From: Bispira polyomma | Taxonomy: Eukaryota | Length of the DNA stretch: 64,000 nt | Reading direction: 5' to 3' | Assembly: GCA_965649765.1 (NCBI GenBank) | Contig: OZ287749.1 | Span: 87,544,001 to 87,608,000, forward strand | Part shown: positions 61,801 to 64,000 of the stretch, piece after piece | How the letters are laid out: every line of letters begins with the position of its first letter | Position numbering within the stretch: the stretch's first letter is position 1 | Notes under the pieces: model-generated | Seen by the model: the letters and a program-made list of their open reading frames with translations, nothing else | The model's database searches: none | Told to the model about the DNA's origin: nothing | Program-made: the position numbers and the translations under genes

Positions 61801-64000
61801 ACAGGAAATTCTGATGATGAAGAAATAAAACCATTAAAGGGTGTTTCTGCAAAATCTGTTAGTGATACATCGCCGAAGTTATCACTTCGCGGGAAAGATG
61901 TTACAGAACATAAACCAGTTACTGAAGAAAGAGTAAAATACTTGGTTGAGGAATCGCATGACAAATTGCTTCACACAATTGAGTATGGATTTGCTCAAAT
62001 GGAGGAAATAAAGTCAGATGTCTGCCAGCAGAGTGAAAGCCTGGGAAAAGAAATTAGCACCATCAAGTCTGAGGTATCCACCATCAAGCGAGATGTTGAA
62101 GAAGTTTCAGATAATGTATGTAAAGTGCGGGGTGATATTCAAGGTCACATCCAAGAACATATCCAGGAGCTTACCCGTCATTCCGAAGTGACTAAAGCTG
62201 ACGTTGCGGCAAACATCACTAACATCACCAGGATTGATAGCGTGCAGAAAACTCTTAGTGACTGTTCAAGCTCTAACGGAGGATGTTCAAGCTTTGAAGG
62301 TCAAAGAGACTGATCTACAATCATTGGTGATGACTGAAGTTGATCCAGAATTTCTTGAGGTCCGAAAATGGCTAGATGCTTCAGTACAGGAGGTGTCTGA
62401 ATTGAATACAGAGAAATACCTTTTTATGGAAAAGTACCTTCAAGAGGAAGAAGAACAGAGGAAGAAAATAAAGGACATGAAAGGACTTTGTCCAGGGTTG
62501 ATGGCCAAAGCTGAGACCATTAAAAAACAGAATGTTGCCTTCCAAGAAGACTTTTACAGGAGTAAGATGGAAGTAGTTGGAAATAAAATAAAGGATGATG
62601 TGAACACCTTAAAATACAAATTTGGCGTGGACAATCCTCTATCTTCTGACTGTAAACAGGATCTGGAATGGACTGGACTGGATCTACTTAAAGCAGAAGC
62701 GTCGACTAAACCAGACCCGGCTCACTCACCAGTAGCTGTATTGGACACAGATACCTACTGCAAAGAGCCAACATCGTCAAAACCATACAAGGCTGGTCTT
62801 GTGCAGTTTACTTCAAATCCTGGGCATAAAAGATCGTCCACTCCAATGAGTCTTGTAGCATTGAGTAGATTGAGAAAGGTTATAGATGAAAAGACTGTTA
62901 ATGGAAAATATGTGGGTCGTAAAGTAAAATCTAGGAAGTACCACAAGCAAATATCTCAAACTCACTCGAAACAGAAGACTCCGGACTCAAAATGTCAATC
63001 AACAGAGGTTCAAGAGGGAGATTCTGATGATTGCGATAGCGATGCTGCAGAAAAGTCTGCACAACCAGATGACGTTTCACATAGTAGTGAATCTGATGAA
63101 CAGGAGACTGTGAGTCATACCTCACGTGTAATCAAGAGTGGTACTCTCCAGATACCCAAGATGACATTCGATGGTACCTACTGGCGTGGGTTTATTAGTC
63201 AATTTGAAGCCTATGCAAGGAGAGTGAGACGGTCTCAAGGAGACAAGATTGACGCCTTTGGCATGTGTCTCAGAAAGGAGGCTTCTAAGTACTTCAGTAT
63301 ACTACCAGACAAAGAAAAGAAGAGCTTCAAGTGGATGAAAGCTAAATTTGAGCAGTACTTTGAGAAGAATGATTCTCCATCCACCATCAGATGGGAAATC
63401 TTGTCAACTGAACAGAGGGAGGACAAGTCACTAGAGAAGTATTTGGCCCGTTTACAGAAACTGATTCTTAGTGCATATCCAGAGGCAGGGCAGATAGAAC
63501 TCAATAACTCTCTCTTTGTGGAAGCTTTCCTGAAGGATTGTCGTGATAAGGCAGCTGCAATAGCCACAGGTGTGAAACAACCTAGAAGAAGCTTACAAGC
63601 ACATAAAAACAGAGCAGCAGGTGAAGAAAGCCATACTTGGTAAGAAGGGTTCAAGTGCTGTTAGGCAGGTAAAGCAAATGCAGTACAGCTCCGACAGCTC
63701 AGAGTCAAGTTCAGTTGGGGAACCATCAGTAAGGAACTTTTCGGCTCATAAGAAATTCAGTGAAAAGCCGAAACCCAAGTTTACAACTGAGTCAACCTCC
63801 GTGTCAGGGACAGACCTTAAGGACTTAGCCAAAACAATGTCGCAGTTACTCGAAGTCATGTCCAAACAGACCCCTCAAAAGAGTAATCAGTAATCGCCAA
63901 GCATGAATAACGGGTGCTACGAATGTGGGGATCTGGGATTGTCCTAGGAGAAGAAGGTATTCATCCCCTGGTAGTCCCAGATCTGGTTATAACTCAAGGG
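58860..64000 (+). mobile_element. Gypsy/Ty3-like LTR retrotransposon, 5' part (LTR remnant, putative PBS, long leader, disrupted gag)
   Basis: Candidate LTR end TTGACA at 59156. TTGTGGTGAAACCAGGG (59164-59180) matches the tRNA-Phe PBS TGGTGCCGAAACCCGGG at 13/17 positions. Gag lies downstream; pol would be beyond the window. Confidence 0.75.
61495..63950 (+). pseudogene. Retrotransposon Gag (HhH domain - coiled coil - acidic linker - capsid-like - zinc knuckle), frameshifted
   Basis: ATG at 61495. Capsid-like region FDGTYWRGFISQFE..CLRKEASKYF..QREDKSLEKYLARLQKL..AYP..FVEAFLK. Partial CCHC knuckle CYECGDLG..DCP near 63916. Frameshifts near 62255 and 63585; stop at 63891. Confidence 0.85.

Noticed and set aside
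62254-62260. In-frame CTT AGT G at the +1 gag frameshift, resembling the yeast CUU-AGU/AGG +1 shift sites
   Set aside because: That mechanism depends on yeast tRNA pools, and this copy has other clear lesions, so an indel is more likely. It would be revived only if all genomic copies share the shift.

Overview
AT-rich, repeat-dense eukaryotic genomic DNA with spliceosomal GT-AG introns and one 177-N gap at 6424-6600. The repeat content suggests an invertebrate, probably a lophotrochozoan or mollusc; that assignment is inference. The main host content, mostly invisible in the ORF track, is a cluster of glycine N-acyltransferase-like (GLYAT-like, GNAT fold) genes reconstructed exon by exon. It has two apparently intact 5-coding-exon genes (6709-13260 +, 276 aa; 54517-51264 -, 278 aa), one pseudogene (1812-3114 +) and two 5'-only fragments inside a 4.2-kb tandem duplication (27836-36292). 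Between them lies a decayed, intronless Mab-21/cGAS-like receptor (cGLR)-type nucleotidyltransferase gene (about 45570-46812 +) whose GS..DxE..D motif is still readable. The rest is mobile DNA: L2/CR1-group and L1/Tx1 LINEs, Ngaro/DIRS tyrosine-recombinase retroelement remnants, PIF/Harbinger and Tc1/mariner remnants and MITEs, tRNA-derived SINEs, a Helentron-type HINE with a 142-bp satellite, and the 5' part of a Gypsy-like LTR element whose Gag begins with a ComEA-like helix-hairpin-helix domain. All family calls come from manual translation and motif recognition; no database search was run.
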